A stretch of DNA of 64,000 bases from Terriglobia bacterium (GTDB taxonomy: Bacteria > Acidobacteriota > Terriglobia > 2-12-FULL-54-10): the NCBI GenBank assembly GCA_963662495.2, contig CAXVYQ010000002.1, forward strand, positions 390,355 through 454,354, read 5' to 3'. Below are positions 7,313 to 15,785 of this stretch, piece after piece; positions within the stretch are counted from its first letter, which is position 1, and the number at the start of each line of letters is the position of its first letter. The notes beneath the pieces are model-generated. The model saw only the letters and a program-made list of their open reading frames with translations, did not search any database and had not been told where the DNA came from. A program made the translations under genes and the position numbers.

Positions 7313-9526
7313 CTAAGGCTCTCCGGGCAAGGCCCCAAAACTCTGAGGTGGATGGCGGTGCCGCGTCCCGCCTTCATAGGCGGCTGCAATCCTAATAAGC
7401 ACTGGTTCGCCGAAGGCCCGACCCAAGAAGTCAATCGATACAGGGAGAGCAATGGGCTTAGCTCCAACGAGATCGCCTGCCTTCTTGCTCCCATCCTCGT
7501 CTACAATTGCAGCTCGATCATAAACCTCCTTGGTAAAACCGGCAGGAACCGAAATCGCGGGCAGTCCAGCGGTGGCACTCAAACGCCAGGCCAGGGGCTC
7601 CCTAAAGTCAAGTACTCTTTCGACTGTTCTGATATATTCCACGCCATCAATGGTTACGGTGGAAGTGTCAGAGACGGCCTCCAGAACTCTAGGCTCAACC
7701 GGAGCCGCCAGGATCGGCGCAGGGACGGTTTTCGTCGGGTAGACTAGAGCATCTAAGTTATGGTCTGCCATCACTTTCAAAACTAGAGCTTGCAGGACAA
7801 CCCGCCGAGCGATGCTCCCCCTAATGTCCAGTTTCGTAATCGGAGTCTTCAGGATGAATGGCGAGTTGTCTTGCTTCTTTTTCAGCCTCTCGGAGCGTAC
7901 CATTCTCGCCTCTAACCTGGACTTCGACGAGAGTGTTACACCATCAATAGGAGGGTGGTTGTAAAAAGTGGAGTTCTCGATAAGGCTCTTAATGTCCTGA
8001 ATGGCACTGTCGCCTCGAGCCTGCAGATAGTCGTTCATCGCGTATTGTGATTCGCCACTGGCGGAAGTATCAGCCTGAACAAGCCAGCGTAATGTGGCAT
8101 TCGGAGGCATCAATTCTCTATTCCGAGAAATCGCAAGAAGTTTTTCGATGTGACCGGTCCCTGGAATAAGCTCTTCGAATGTAGACACCAAAGGTTTGGC
8201 GTCAAGCGAGGGAAGCAACTCAGCAATTGCATCTTTAAATAATTGACCATCGGGACCGGGGTCAACCAGCACAGCGCCTAGACGCACCAAATCGGCAAGG
8301 GCCTCATTGGCGATTCGAACCGAGTCTTCATCAGCCTTAGTGAAGGGTTGCATAAATTCACGAATGACTCCGATTTTAAGACCCTCGAGGCTCTGTCGCT
8401 CAGCGAAGCTAGGATACGGCTCTCGCGGCATCTGCCCCACACTAGCTGCCGTTATTGGGTCTTTGGGATCGAACCCAGCGATCACGCCCAGAACGACCGC
8501 TGCGTCCCCAACCGTGCGACAGAGCACTCCCGGTCGGTCCCGGGTCAGAGATGCGGGGATCAGTCCATGCCGGCTGACCAGACTGTGCGTCGCCACAATC
8601 CCGACAAGGCTGTTGTTCGCGGCGGGGTTGCGAGCTGAAGGGCCAGTTTCTTCCGCAATGGCGCACATGACCAGATTGGCGGCCACGGCTGCGCCGGAGC
8701 CTCCACTCGATCGGCCTGCACTGCGGGTCGTATCGTAGGGATTGCAGGTCGTTCCACCGAGGGTACTGCGGTCTCCTGAGGCGTATTCACCCATGTTTGC
8801 TTTGGCCAGAATAATAGCTCCGGCTGCGCGAAGACGGGCAACCACTTCTGAATCCTGAGGTGGCCTGTCATTGGCATAATTGGCAGCGGCACCGCTCGTT
8901 GTGCGCATATTGCGGGTATCGAACTGATCCTTAACCGCAAACGGGATGCCATGAAGTGGCCCGCTCAGCCGGCCGGTCCTGGCGAATTGAGTATCCAGAG
9001 CGAGTGCCACCTCCAGCGCATCCGGCATGGTTGGGTCGATATCAACAGGATCGGTGGTAGAGCGCTTGCCTCTTAGATTCAAGGTCATGAGGGCATTAAT
9101 CTGTCCTGCATTTGCAACCGGTTGGATATCCCCCAGTTGAAACCCGGTGGGGGGGTCGACGGCACCTTGGACGCAGGTCTGGTTATACGCTTCGATTCGC
9201 TTCAGGTAGAATTCAACGAGTTGGGTCGCCGTGAGCCGCTTTTCCTGAAAAGCCCGGTGGACATCTTTGATGGTAGCCTCCAGAAGAGTGGTAGTCTCCT
9301 GCGGGTTGAGAAGCGAACTCGCCGCCGCATTCTGATAGGAGAGTATGAAAACGACCGGAATGACCCAGCACCACGACGATAGGGCATGGACCAGAGCACA
9401 GAGAGAGACGTGATTCCTCGACATGACCACGAACGATCGCTTCAACGTTTTCAAACCCATCCCGAATTTCTCGCCGGCCATTTTCCTACCCTCCAATCTG
9501 GCAGATCCCTTCATTTTCTGTTGCAC
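7313..9526 (-). CDS. amidase-signature family protein (long form with an N-terminal hydrophobic segment)
   Basis: The motifs GPLHGIPFAVKDQFD and GRSSGGSGAAVAANLVMCAIAEETGPSARNPA are the amidase-signature Ser-Ser-Lys region. The protein is 737 aa. GC content is visibly lower than in the core of the window. Confidence 0.8.
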   Translation of the reverse strand: MQQKMKGSARLEGRKMAGEKFGMGLKTLKRSFVVMSRNHVSLCALVHALSSWCWVIPVVFILSYQNAAASSLLNPQETTTLLEATIKDVHRAFQEKRLTATQLVEFYLKRIEAYNQTCVQGAVDPPTGFQLGDIQPVANAGQINALMTLNLRGKRSTTDPVDIDPTMPDALEVALALDTQFARTGRLSGPLHGIPFAVKDQFDTRNMRTTSGAAANYANDRPPQDSEVVARLRAAGAIILAKANMGEYASGDRSTLGGTTCNPYDTTRSAGRSSGGSGAAVAANLVMCAIAEETGPSARNPAANNSLVGIVATHSLVSRHGLIPASLTRDRPGVLCRTVGDAAVVLGVIAGFDPKDPITAASVGQMPREPYPSFAERQSLEGLKIGVIREFMQPFTKADEDSVRIANEALADLVRLGAVLVDPGPDGQLFKDAIAELLPSLDAKPLVSTFEELIPGTGHIEKLLAISRNRELMPPNATLRWLVQADTSASGESQYAMNDYLQARGDSAIQDIKSLIENSTFYNHPPIDGVTLSSKSRLEARMVRSERLKKKQDNSPFILKTPITKLDIRGSIARRVVLQALVLKVMADHNLDALVYPTKTVPAPILAAPVEPRVLEAVSDTSTVTIDGVEYIRTVERVLDFREPLAWRLSATAGLPAISVPAGFTKEVYDRAAIVDEDGSKKAGDLVGAKPIALPVSIDFLGRAFGEPVLIRIAAAYEGGTRHRHPPQSFGALPGEP

Positions 9527-9560
9527 GTGTGCTTCTTGCCGATACTCTAATGACGAAGCC

Positions 9561-9630
9561 GATATTTTGTACCAGTCGTTGTGAGAGAGTTTACATCACA
9601 ACCTGGGACTGTGAAACTGGTTTCCAGGGC
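9561..9630 (+). repeat. solo terminal relic of the IS3-family element that is intact at 53664-54890
   Basis: gatattttgtaccagtcgttgtgagagagtttacatcaca matches 53666-53705 at 34/40 positions. Similarity continues through ..gaaactggtttcc. No intact ORF follows. Confidence 0.55.
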
Positions 9631-9998
9631 TTTGTCAAGTTAAGGCAGATTCAGACAGAATTGCCAGATGAAATCATCAGTCACATCGTCTGGCCGTATT
9701 CGGCCGACCATTCTCACCATGAGATAACCGATAAACAGCCACTCTTAGGGTCCAAGACGACGCATTTTTCCTGCGGCGGGTAGACAGACGTACCTAACCA
9801 ATGGGGGGAGGGGGTCGGAGGGCAAACAGGACACCCCCGGTGGGGGTCTCGCAGGGCTGTGCTGCCTGGCTTAATCGAATTCATACTCCAATCCCCGACC
9901 AATCAATGGCAAGACCTACAAACCAGCACCTGCCAGAATCACTAGATTTCATAAGGGCTTGTTTGCCTTTCCCCGGATAGGTCCTCACTAGTCGCGAA

Positions 9999-10397
9999 GT
10001 CCTATAAAAGGGGATGTCAAGAAAAAAGACCTCCCCGGCCACCGGAGAACACGGAAGTTCTCGTGCATCCAGCCCCCCCCGGTACGTTCGGCTCGTGGTC
10101 CTGACCGTTCTGGCCTTTCGTGTTGCGACCAGCCGGCATGCTTCCTCCATCCCAGCAGTTTCATCTTTGCGGTTACGACGACGCCCTTGGTTTCCCGAAA
10201 CCGGCAAGCGGGGTGGTTGCAGAGTTGGCAACCATGGTCCTATCGGAGACTCGTGGCCTATAGCTTTCTTGGGTTATCCGAGGGGGCATAGAGTGTTTAT
10301 AGAGACTCGGTGCCGGTGGCACACAGGGCCTAACTACGCGATGGATGCTCTCCCTCGAACCCGAGCGTCTCAAGAACCCATTGGGCACCGCCGGAGA
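9999..10397 (-). repeat. copy of the IS110-associated non-coding tail (second copy at 57785-58183)
   Basis: A line-by-line comparison of the two copies shows a single mismatch over about 399 nt. Confidence 0.9.
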
Positions 10398-11409
10398 CGA
10401 TCCAAGTGATCGTCGCAATCTTGCGTGCCACGGTGAGTCGAGCCAGCACAGGCTTCATCCCCTTGGCCAGTAACCCTTCGTAATACTCATGCAACAATCC
10501 AGTCGAACCGCTGGCCTGCATGGCCGCGCTCTTGAAGATCCATTTCAGATCATGGTTGTGGTTCTTATTCAGACCCCGCAGCGCCACCGGTTTCTGGGAA
10601 CGGCGCAGTTGTCCATCCACGTAACGGTATTCCCCACTACCACGTGTCTCGATCGCCAGGCCGCTGTAGGCCCATAGTTGCCGCTTCGTCCGGAACCGGT
10701 GTGGGGTCTGTAGCAGCGCGATCAACACCGCCGCACGGATCGGACCGATTGACGGAATCTGGCGCAGCAATTTCGTCGCTCCATGCTTGCGGCTCTCCGC
10801 CAGTAGATCCCGGCGCACCGCCTGGCGTAATGCTTGCAGCCCGTCCAGTTGCTGATAGAGGAACTCAGCCCGACAGCGCACACCGGCTTCCGTGATCTTG
10901 CTCAACCATTCCGAACGATGTCGCGGTGCGTAGACTTGCGTGCCCGCGCAGGCAATACCCCAGCTTCGGTACAATGCCTTCAGCCGATTCATCACTCGCG
11001 TGAGATCTTTGCTCACCGTCAGATAACTCCGCGACAGCTCCTGCAACGTGCGTAGACCCTTTTCCCCATGGTAGACCGCCGAGAGCGATCCATTCCGCAG
11101 CAGTTCGGCCAGCTTCCTCGCATCGATCCGGTCGCTCTTGTTGCCCGATTTCAGCAACGCATTCTTTCGCGGATCGCACACGATCAGCTGCGACACGTGA
11201 GGCCGCAGCAAGTCATACAGCCAGGCAGCCCAGGTCCCCTCTTCCAACGTGACCTGCAAATCCCCCTGCAGTCCTTGGAGGAACTGCACAATCGTGGCTG
11301 CCTTCGTTTCTACGATCGACTCCATCACCAGCTTGCCCGAAGAGTTCATGACCGCAATCGTTATCGCTTCTTGGTGCACGTCCATCCCGATATACTTTGT
11401 TCTATCCAT
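10330..11409 (-). CDS. IS110-family recombinase, copy 2 (C-terminus altered by the 93-bp deletion)
   Basis: The 359-aa ORF is identical to copies 1 and 3 apart from a few substitutions up to ...ATITWIV. It then reads SGGAQWVLETLGFEGEHPSRS out of the non-coding tail. Confidence 0.85.
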   Translation of the reverse strand: MDRTKYIGMDVHQEAITIAVMNSSGKLVMESIVETKAATIVQFLQGLQGDLQVTLEEGTWAAWLYDLLRPHVSQLIVCDPRKNALLKSGNKSDRIDARKLAELLRNGSLSAVYHGEKGLRTLQELSRSYLTVSKDLTRVMNRLKALYRSWGIACAGTQVYAPRHRSEWLSKITEAGVRCRAEFLYQQLDGLQALRQAVRRDLLAESRKHGATKLLRQIPSIGPIRAAVLIALLQTPHRFRTKRQLWAYSGLAIETRGSGEYRYVDGQLRRSQKPVALRGLNKNHNHDLKWIFKSAAMQASGSTGLLHEYYEGLLAKGMKPVLARLTVARKIATITWIVSGGAQWVLETLGFEGEHPSRS

Positions 11410-11614
11410 TCAGGCTGCTCCTTTCGATAGGCGTTACCTTCGATACTGAAAACCTATCGCACTAGGGGCGCCCTTTTATAATGCGTGTAGACCTATCCGG
11501 CAGGCAGGATGACTCGCCACTACGCCGTCAGGATCTATGTTGCCTGATCGCGTGGCGGTCAAATTCCGAGATGCCGATCAAGATGTAAAAAAGTGGTGGT
11601 CCGCTCGTGGGCAG

Positions 11615-12553
11615 CTAGGGGCTGCTTTTTGCACTGATGAGCCTGGCGAGGTTCTCTCCTAGCACGTCTGCTGCCTCCCCAGCTGACAAGCCGAGCTTTT
11701 GCATGGCCATAATCTGCTCCTCGAAAACATCGCTTCTCCACCCTCGCGGAAACACGCTCGAGTCTGTGCCGAAGAGCACTCTCTTGGAACCATAGATGTC
11801 CAGGGCGCGTGCAAACACATCTCGGAGTGTGATTCGAAGGGCCTGCGTCTTGATCCAGCTATTAGAGGAAGAGGTATCAAGGACTACATTGGATACTTGA
11901 GCACCGAGGAGCAGAACCTCTCGAAAGAAGCCACAGCCAAAATGGGGTATCTGGAAGGTGATCTCAGGATACCTCAGTGCGACGCCATGGAGGTCTATCG
12001 GGTTTGCGAAACGGAGGTCGAAAGGGTTGCCAACCCCCAGCCGATCACGAAGGCCCAACCGCAAGAGACCGAAGTGAACGAAAGCTAAAAGACCCGAATC
12101 CCGCACGGATTCAAGGGCGGGGCGGATGACCTCGTCAGAGATTCGGTAACCATGCATTGCAGGGAAAAAGGCTGCGCCACGGAGGCCTTTATCTCTCATC
12201 TGTGTGATGATCGCACTACAGTTTGGTTTGGTGGGGTCTACCATGGCGTAACCAATACCGCTACCACCGAGAAACTTTACTGCATCTGCAACCTCATCGC
12301 TCTCGCCGGGGATGGATCCCATGAGAACTGTGGACGCTATGCCACGCTTTACGATTTCCCGTCCCCACTGTTTCGCAGCAGCATCGCGCTTTTCAGGGAT
12401 CTCCAGACTCGTCTCCCGAGCCAAGCTCGATACCAAATCTGGGCCGGCCAACCGCCCAGGTGGGGCCAACCCCGCCATGGTCTCGAAAAATCTGCGAGTA
12501 AACAGGTGAGCGTGTGCGTCGCGAACCGTTAGTTCACCCCACGGGGTTCGCAT
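11615..12553 (-). CDS. amidohydrolase-2 (TIM-barrel metal-dependent hydrolase) family protein
   Basis: The 312-aa ORF has an N-terminal DAHAHLF metal-binding motif, later HFG and D..SS motifs, and a coding-like composition. Confidence 0.65.
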   Translation of the reverse strand: MRTPWGELTVRDAHAHLFTRRFFETMAGLAPPGRLAGPDLVSSLARETSLEIPEKRDAAAKQWGREIVKRGIASTVLMGSIPGESDEVADAVKFLGGSGIGYAMVDPTKPNCSAIITQMRDKGLRGAAFFPAMHGYRISDEVIRPALESVRDSGLLAFVHFGLLRLGLRDRLGVGNPFDLRFANPIDLHGVALRYPEITFQIPHFGCGFFREVLLLGAQVSNVVLDTSSSNSWIKTQALRITLRDVFARALDIYGSKRVLFGTDSSVFPRGWRSDVFEEQIMAMQKLGLSAGEAADVLGENLARLISAKSSP

Positions 12554-12666
12554 ACTGTCCTTTCTCTTGGGTGCCTCCCGTCGATTTTCGCAATAACTTG
12601 TAACGGTGACTCACCCCACGAAAAGGTCTTTCCCGCGGCCGAGCATGAGGTCGCGGAATTAGTTCG

Positions 12667-13110
12667 TCAATTCGCATAAGGCCGGCTGATCGGCGTTGGC
12701 GGTATCCTGGCGCGGTAGGCAGGTTGGCCTTGCGAGTCTTTGAACAAGAACACCCCTCCGATGCTTGGTGAACTGCCTTGCCCACCCAAAAATGTAAGTG
12801 ATTCACTATCTACCGTCCCCTCGGTTGAGTTTCCTCCGACGGACGCTCGATAGGTTCCAGACATAAATTCAGCCTGCGGTGTCAAACGTAGTGCGATACT
12901 CATTTGTGCTGAGTCGTGCCCGTCCGTGAACTCGATTTCAGCTTTTACGGAGTCACCCTCGCGCACTCCGTAAACGTGCCCCAACTTCAGTGGAAGCGAA
13001 ACCGATCGCTCGTTCTCAATGCGCTCGAATTGATATTGAGAATTAGTACAACCTGCACCTATCAGATAAATGAATGCACCTAACAAATATTTCATCGTTC
13101 TCAACGGCAT
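12667..13110 (-). CDS. hypothetical lipoprotein
   Basis: MKYLLGAFIYLIGAGC is a signal peptide with a lipobox (L-I-G-A-G-C). No other motif was recognised. Confidence 0.5.
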   Translation of the reverse strand: MPLRTMKYLLGAFIYLIGAGCTNSQYQFERIENERSVSLPLKLGHVYGVREGDSVKAEIEFTDGHDSAQMSIALRLTPQAEFMSGTYRASVGGNSTEGTVDSESLTFLGGQGSSPSIGGVFLFKDSQGQPAYRARIPPTPISRPYAN

Positions 13111-13150
13111 TTCGAGAGACTACATTACTGAACCGCTCTTGTACAGACCC

Positions 13151-13525
13151 TGTACCCGGTCAGGCCAAGTTGGACAGGAAGGGTGGAATTGATAAGGTGG
13201 AGTTTTTGGCTCATCGTAGAGACTGAAAGGAACGAAGATGAGACAAAAACAAGACGACCAGAGGGCGGTCGAGAAGACCGTCCGGGAGATCAAGCGCAGG
13301 ACGCGGCGCAGGTTCAGCCCGGAAGAGAAGATCCGCATCGTATTGCAGGGACTTCGCGGCGAGGACAGCATCGCGGAGCTGTGCCGCCGCGAGGGGCTAC
13401 ACCAGAACCAGTATTACCGCTGGAGCAAGGAGTTTCTGGAGGCGGGCCGCAAGCGGCTGGCGGGCGACACAGAACGCGAGGCGACCAGTGGCGAGGTTCA
13501 GACCCTGCGGGAGCAGGCCGTGCAG
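13151..13525 (+). mobile_element. truncated IS3-family copy (left inverted repeat plus the first ~96 codons of orfA), inverted relative to the complete copy
   Basis: It starts with tgtacccggtcaggccaagttggacagg, the same terminus as 15037-15010 read on the minus strand. ORF 13238-13561 matches the orfA protein at 14579-14950 through ...REQAVQ and then diverges. Confidence 0.85.
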
Positions 13526-13598
13526 TGTACGTGGTCAGATGATTTGGGACAGAGGGCGTAAAAAAATAAGGTAGCGATCTGGCTCCTCTGGGTTGATG

Positions 13599-14617
13599 TT
13601 AGGCTGCCCTTGTTTGGAAGTGCAACCGTTTTCTTAAAGCCAAGGTTTTCTCTTTGATGCGATTGCGTTTTTGCAGGATGGCACTGCCTTGTCCTGTAAA
13701 AACGTCGTAGGGTGTCAGGTTGTTCAGGCTTTCATGGTATCGGTTTGTGTTGTAGTGGCGGACGAAGGCGTCGATCTGCCGCTCCAGGTCTTCCGGCAGG
13801 TAATAGTTGTTGAGCAGGATGCGGTCTTTCAGAGTCCGGTGCCAGCGTTCGATCTTGCCCTGCGTCATGGGGTGATAGGGTTTGCCGCGGGTATGCGGGA
13901 CGCCGTTTTCTGCCAGCCAGGACCGCAACTCGGATGAGACGTAGCACGGTCCATTGTCGCTCAGGAGGCGAGGTCGGTGCCGGACGCCTACGCGGTTGAG
14001 GCCAGTGGCCGTCAGCGCATCCTGCAGCGTGGCCGAGACATCCCTGGCGCCCATGGTGTTGCACAGCCTCCAGGCAATGATATAGCGCGAGAAGTCATCC
14101 AGCACCGTGGACAGATACAACCAGCCCCAGCCCATAACTTTCAGGTAAGTGAAGTCTGTCTGCCAGAGCTGGTGGACCGCTGTGGTTGGGTTGGCGAACC
14201 GTTCCGCCGCTTTCAGAACAATAAAGGCTGGTGCGGTGATCAGGTCATAGCGTTTCAGGATGCGATAAACTGTCGATTCCGAAAGGTAATACTGCTTCTG
14301 CTCCGTAAACTGCACCGCCAGCTCGCGGGCCGACAGGTCGGGCTCGGCCAGTGCTAACTTCACCAACTGATCGGTGATCTCCTCCGACACCTTGTTCCAG
14401 ACCGGGCCGGGATCGGGCTTTTTATCTTCCAGACCATCAAAGCCTTCCGACACATAGCGGTCGTACCAGTTGTAAAACGTCGATCGGGGAATGCCAACCT
14501 GCTGCAACGTCCGGCGTACCCCCAGGGAAGATTGCTCCACCGTGCGGATGATCTCCAGCTTCTCCGAGGCAGGGTGTCTCATATACCGTCCTCCCCATCC
14601 CCGATCACACTTTTTTT
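13599..14617 (-). CDS. IS3-family transposase OrfB (rve integrase core), expressed as OrfAB by a -1 frameshift
   Basis: It carries LWQTDFTYL, LDDFSRYIIAW, SDNGPCY and the PYHPMTQGKIERWHRTLK DDE(35)E motifs. The first ~150 aa of the 479-aa track ORF are an out-of-frame read across orfA, not real protein. Confidence 0.8.
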
Positions 14618-14950
14618 CAGCAGACGGTTTTCCAGCATGGCTTCGGCCAGGGCCTCTTTCAGCTGCACGGCCTGCTCCCGCAGGGTCTGAACCTCGCCAC
14701 TGGTCGCCTCGCGTTCTGTGTCGCCCGCCAGCCGCTTGCGGCCCGCCTCCAGAAACTCCTTGCTCCAGCGGTAATACTGGTTCTGGTGTAGCCCCTCGCG
14801 GCGGCACAGCTCCGCGATGCTGTCCTCGCCGCGAAGTCCCTGCAATACGATGCGGATCTTCTCTTCCGGGCTGAACCTGCGCCGCGTCCTGCGCTTGATC
14901 TCCCGGACGGTCTTCTCGACCGCCCTCTGGTCGTCTTGTTTTTGTCTCAT
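14579..14950 (-). CDS. IS3-family transposase OrfA (HTH)
   Basis: 123 aa: RRRFSPEEKIRIVLQGLRGEDSIAELCRREGLHQNQYYRWSKEFLEAG followed by a leucine-zipper-like tail. Confidence 0.85.
   Translation of the reverse strand: MRQKQDDQRAVEKTVREIKRRTRRRFSPEEKIRIVLQGLRGEDSIAELCRREGLHQNQYYRWSKEFLEAGRKRLAGDTEREATSGEVQTLREQAVQLKEALAEAMLENRLLKKSVIGDGEDGI
14611..14617 (-). promoter_or_regulatory. A7 slippery run, probable programmed -1 frameshift site of the IS3 element
   Basis: In sense orientation the sequence is ctg AAA AAA Agt near the end of orfA. The -1 frame continues as KCDRGWGGRYMRHPASEKLEII into OrfB. Confidence 0.5.
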
Positions 14951-15117
14951 CTTCGTTCCTTTCAGTCTCTACGATGAGCCAAAAACTCCACCTTATCAAT
15001 TCCACCCTTCCTGTCCAACTTGGCCTGACCGGGTACAATTTTCTCCTGGAAGAAAAATGGTTTAGGTATTGCTAAAAAACTCAAATCCGCTGGGAAGCAA
15101 TTCCACCGGTTCTGCTG

Positions 15118-15684
15118 CTACTGCGGCAGGAACTTCGAGACGTACGGAGAATTGCGTCCGACGCCGGTTCCCTGCCGGCGGAAATGCCCGGATGGGCCTT
15201 CGCCGAGGAACTCGGAAAACCAGGCTTCATGCTCGATCTCTTCATGAAGGATGGCGAGGGCCAGGTCGTAAGTGCGATGATCCTTGCCAGCGGTCATATT
15301 ACAGACGGCGGTGTAACCCGCGACGGCGCAGCGCTCGGCCTTTACCAGGATGTTCAGCATGGCTTTGACGTCAGTGGGGTCGGGAGGAAGGGATGCCGGG
15401 GGGCAGGCGGAGATGTTATGAAAGTCCACCATGTCAGGCGGCAGCTGGCCGCCGAGCTCGTAGATGCGGGGAACCAGGGCTTCAAAATGATTGCGGTCCT
15501 CAATCCGGGCGTCTTCGGTGATCTCTTTCAAGCCCTCGCCGTCCAGGCCGATGAGGTTGACGCGAAGGATTGTGTAGTAGTAGAAAGTGGTGAGTTCGGC
15601 CGCGGCATTGGCGACCAGCAGTTCGAGCAACTTGTCCACATCGACTCCGGCTTTTTCTACCATCTGTCTCGCTACGATTGCCAT
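15118..15684 (-). CDS. ferritin-like / Dps-like (DPSL-type) protein
   Basis: The 188-aa protein looks like a four-helix-bundle with ELTTFYYYT, EDRNHFEALV and ILHEEIEHEAWF di-iron-type E/H motifs. Confidence 0.7.
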   Translation of the reverse strand: MAIVARQMVEKAGVDVDKLLELLVANAAAELTTFYYYTILRVNLIGLDGEGLKEITEDARIEDRNHFEALVPRIYELGGQLPPDMVDFHNISACPPASLPPDPTDVKAMLNILVKAERCAVAGYTAVCNMTAGKDHRTYDLALAILHEEIEHEAWFSEFLGEGPSGHFRRQGTGVGRNSPYVSKFLPQ

Positions 15685-15760
15685 TTTGTGATCTCCTTTC
15701 TCCCGCTAGGGAGAGGGTTGATAGGTGGTGTGGAAGGATAGTTGACTTCTCCCAGGATTA

Positions 15761-15778
15761 CAGGTTGGTCGCAACCTG
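15761..15778. promoter_or_regulatory. perfect 7-4-7 palindrome between the Fur-family gene and the Dps-like gene (candidate operator or RNA hairpin)
   Basis: The sequence caggttg-gtcg-caacctg was read directly. Confidence 0.25.
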
Positions 15779-15785
15779 ATTCGAG

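Larger units (their letters stand above)
9999..11488 (-). mobile_element. IS110-family element, copy 2 (with the 3' tail, but carrying a 93-bp internal deletion)
   Basis: Collinear with 57785-59367 apart from the missing 93 bp at 10397/10398, one SNP I could see in the tail (10271 g versus 58057 a) and a few coding differences. Confidence 0.85.
13526..15037 (-). mobile_element. complete IS3-family insertion sequence (1512 bp)
   Basis: The termini tgtacgtggtcagatgatttgggacag (13526-) and tgtacccggtcaggccaagttggacag (reverse complement of 15037-) are imperfect TG...CA-type inverted repeats. orfA and orfB overlap in the -1 frame. Confidence 0.85.

Noticed and set aside
9999-10397. The ~400-nt repeat as a group II intron remnant, RNase P RNA, tmRNA or SRP RNA.
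   Set aside because: There is no GUGYG 5' end and no domain V-like AGC hairpin. None of the conserved core sequences of RNase P, tmRNA or 4.5S RNA could be found by eye on either strand.
13599-15038. The 479-aa ORF read as a single IS3 transposase gene.
   Set aside because: Its first ~150 residues are an out-of-frame translation across orfA (RPEGGREDRPGDQAQDAAQ...). The real product is OrfA plus OrfB, joined by a -1 frameshift at the A7 run.
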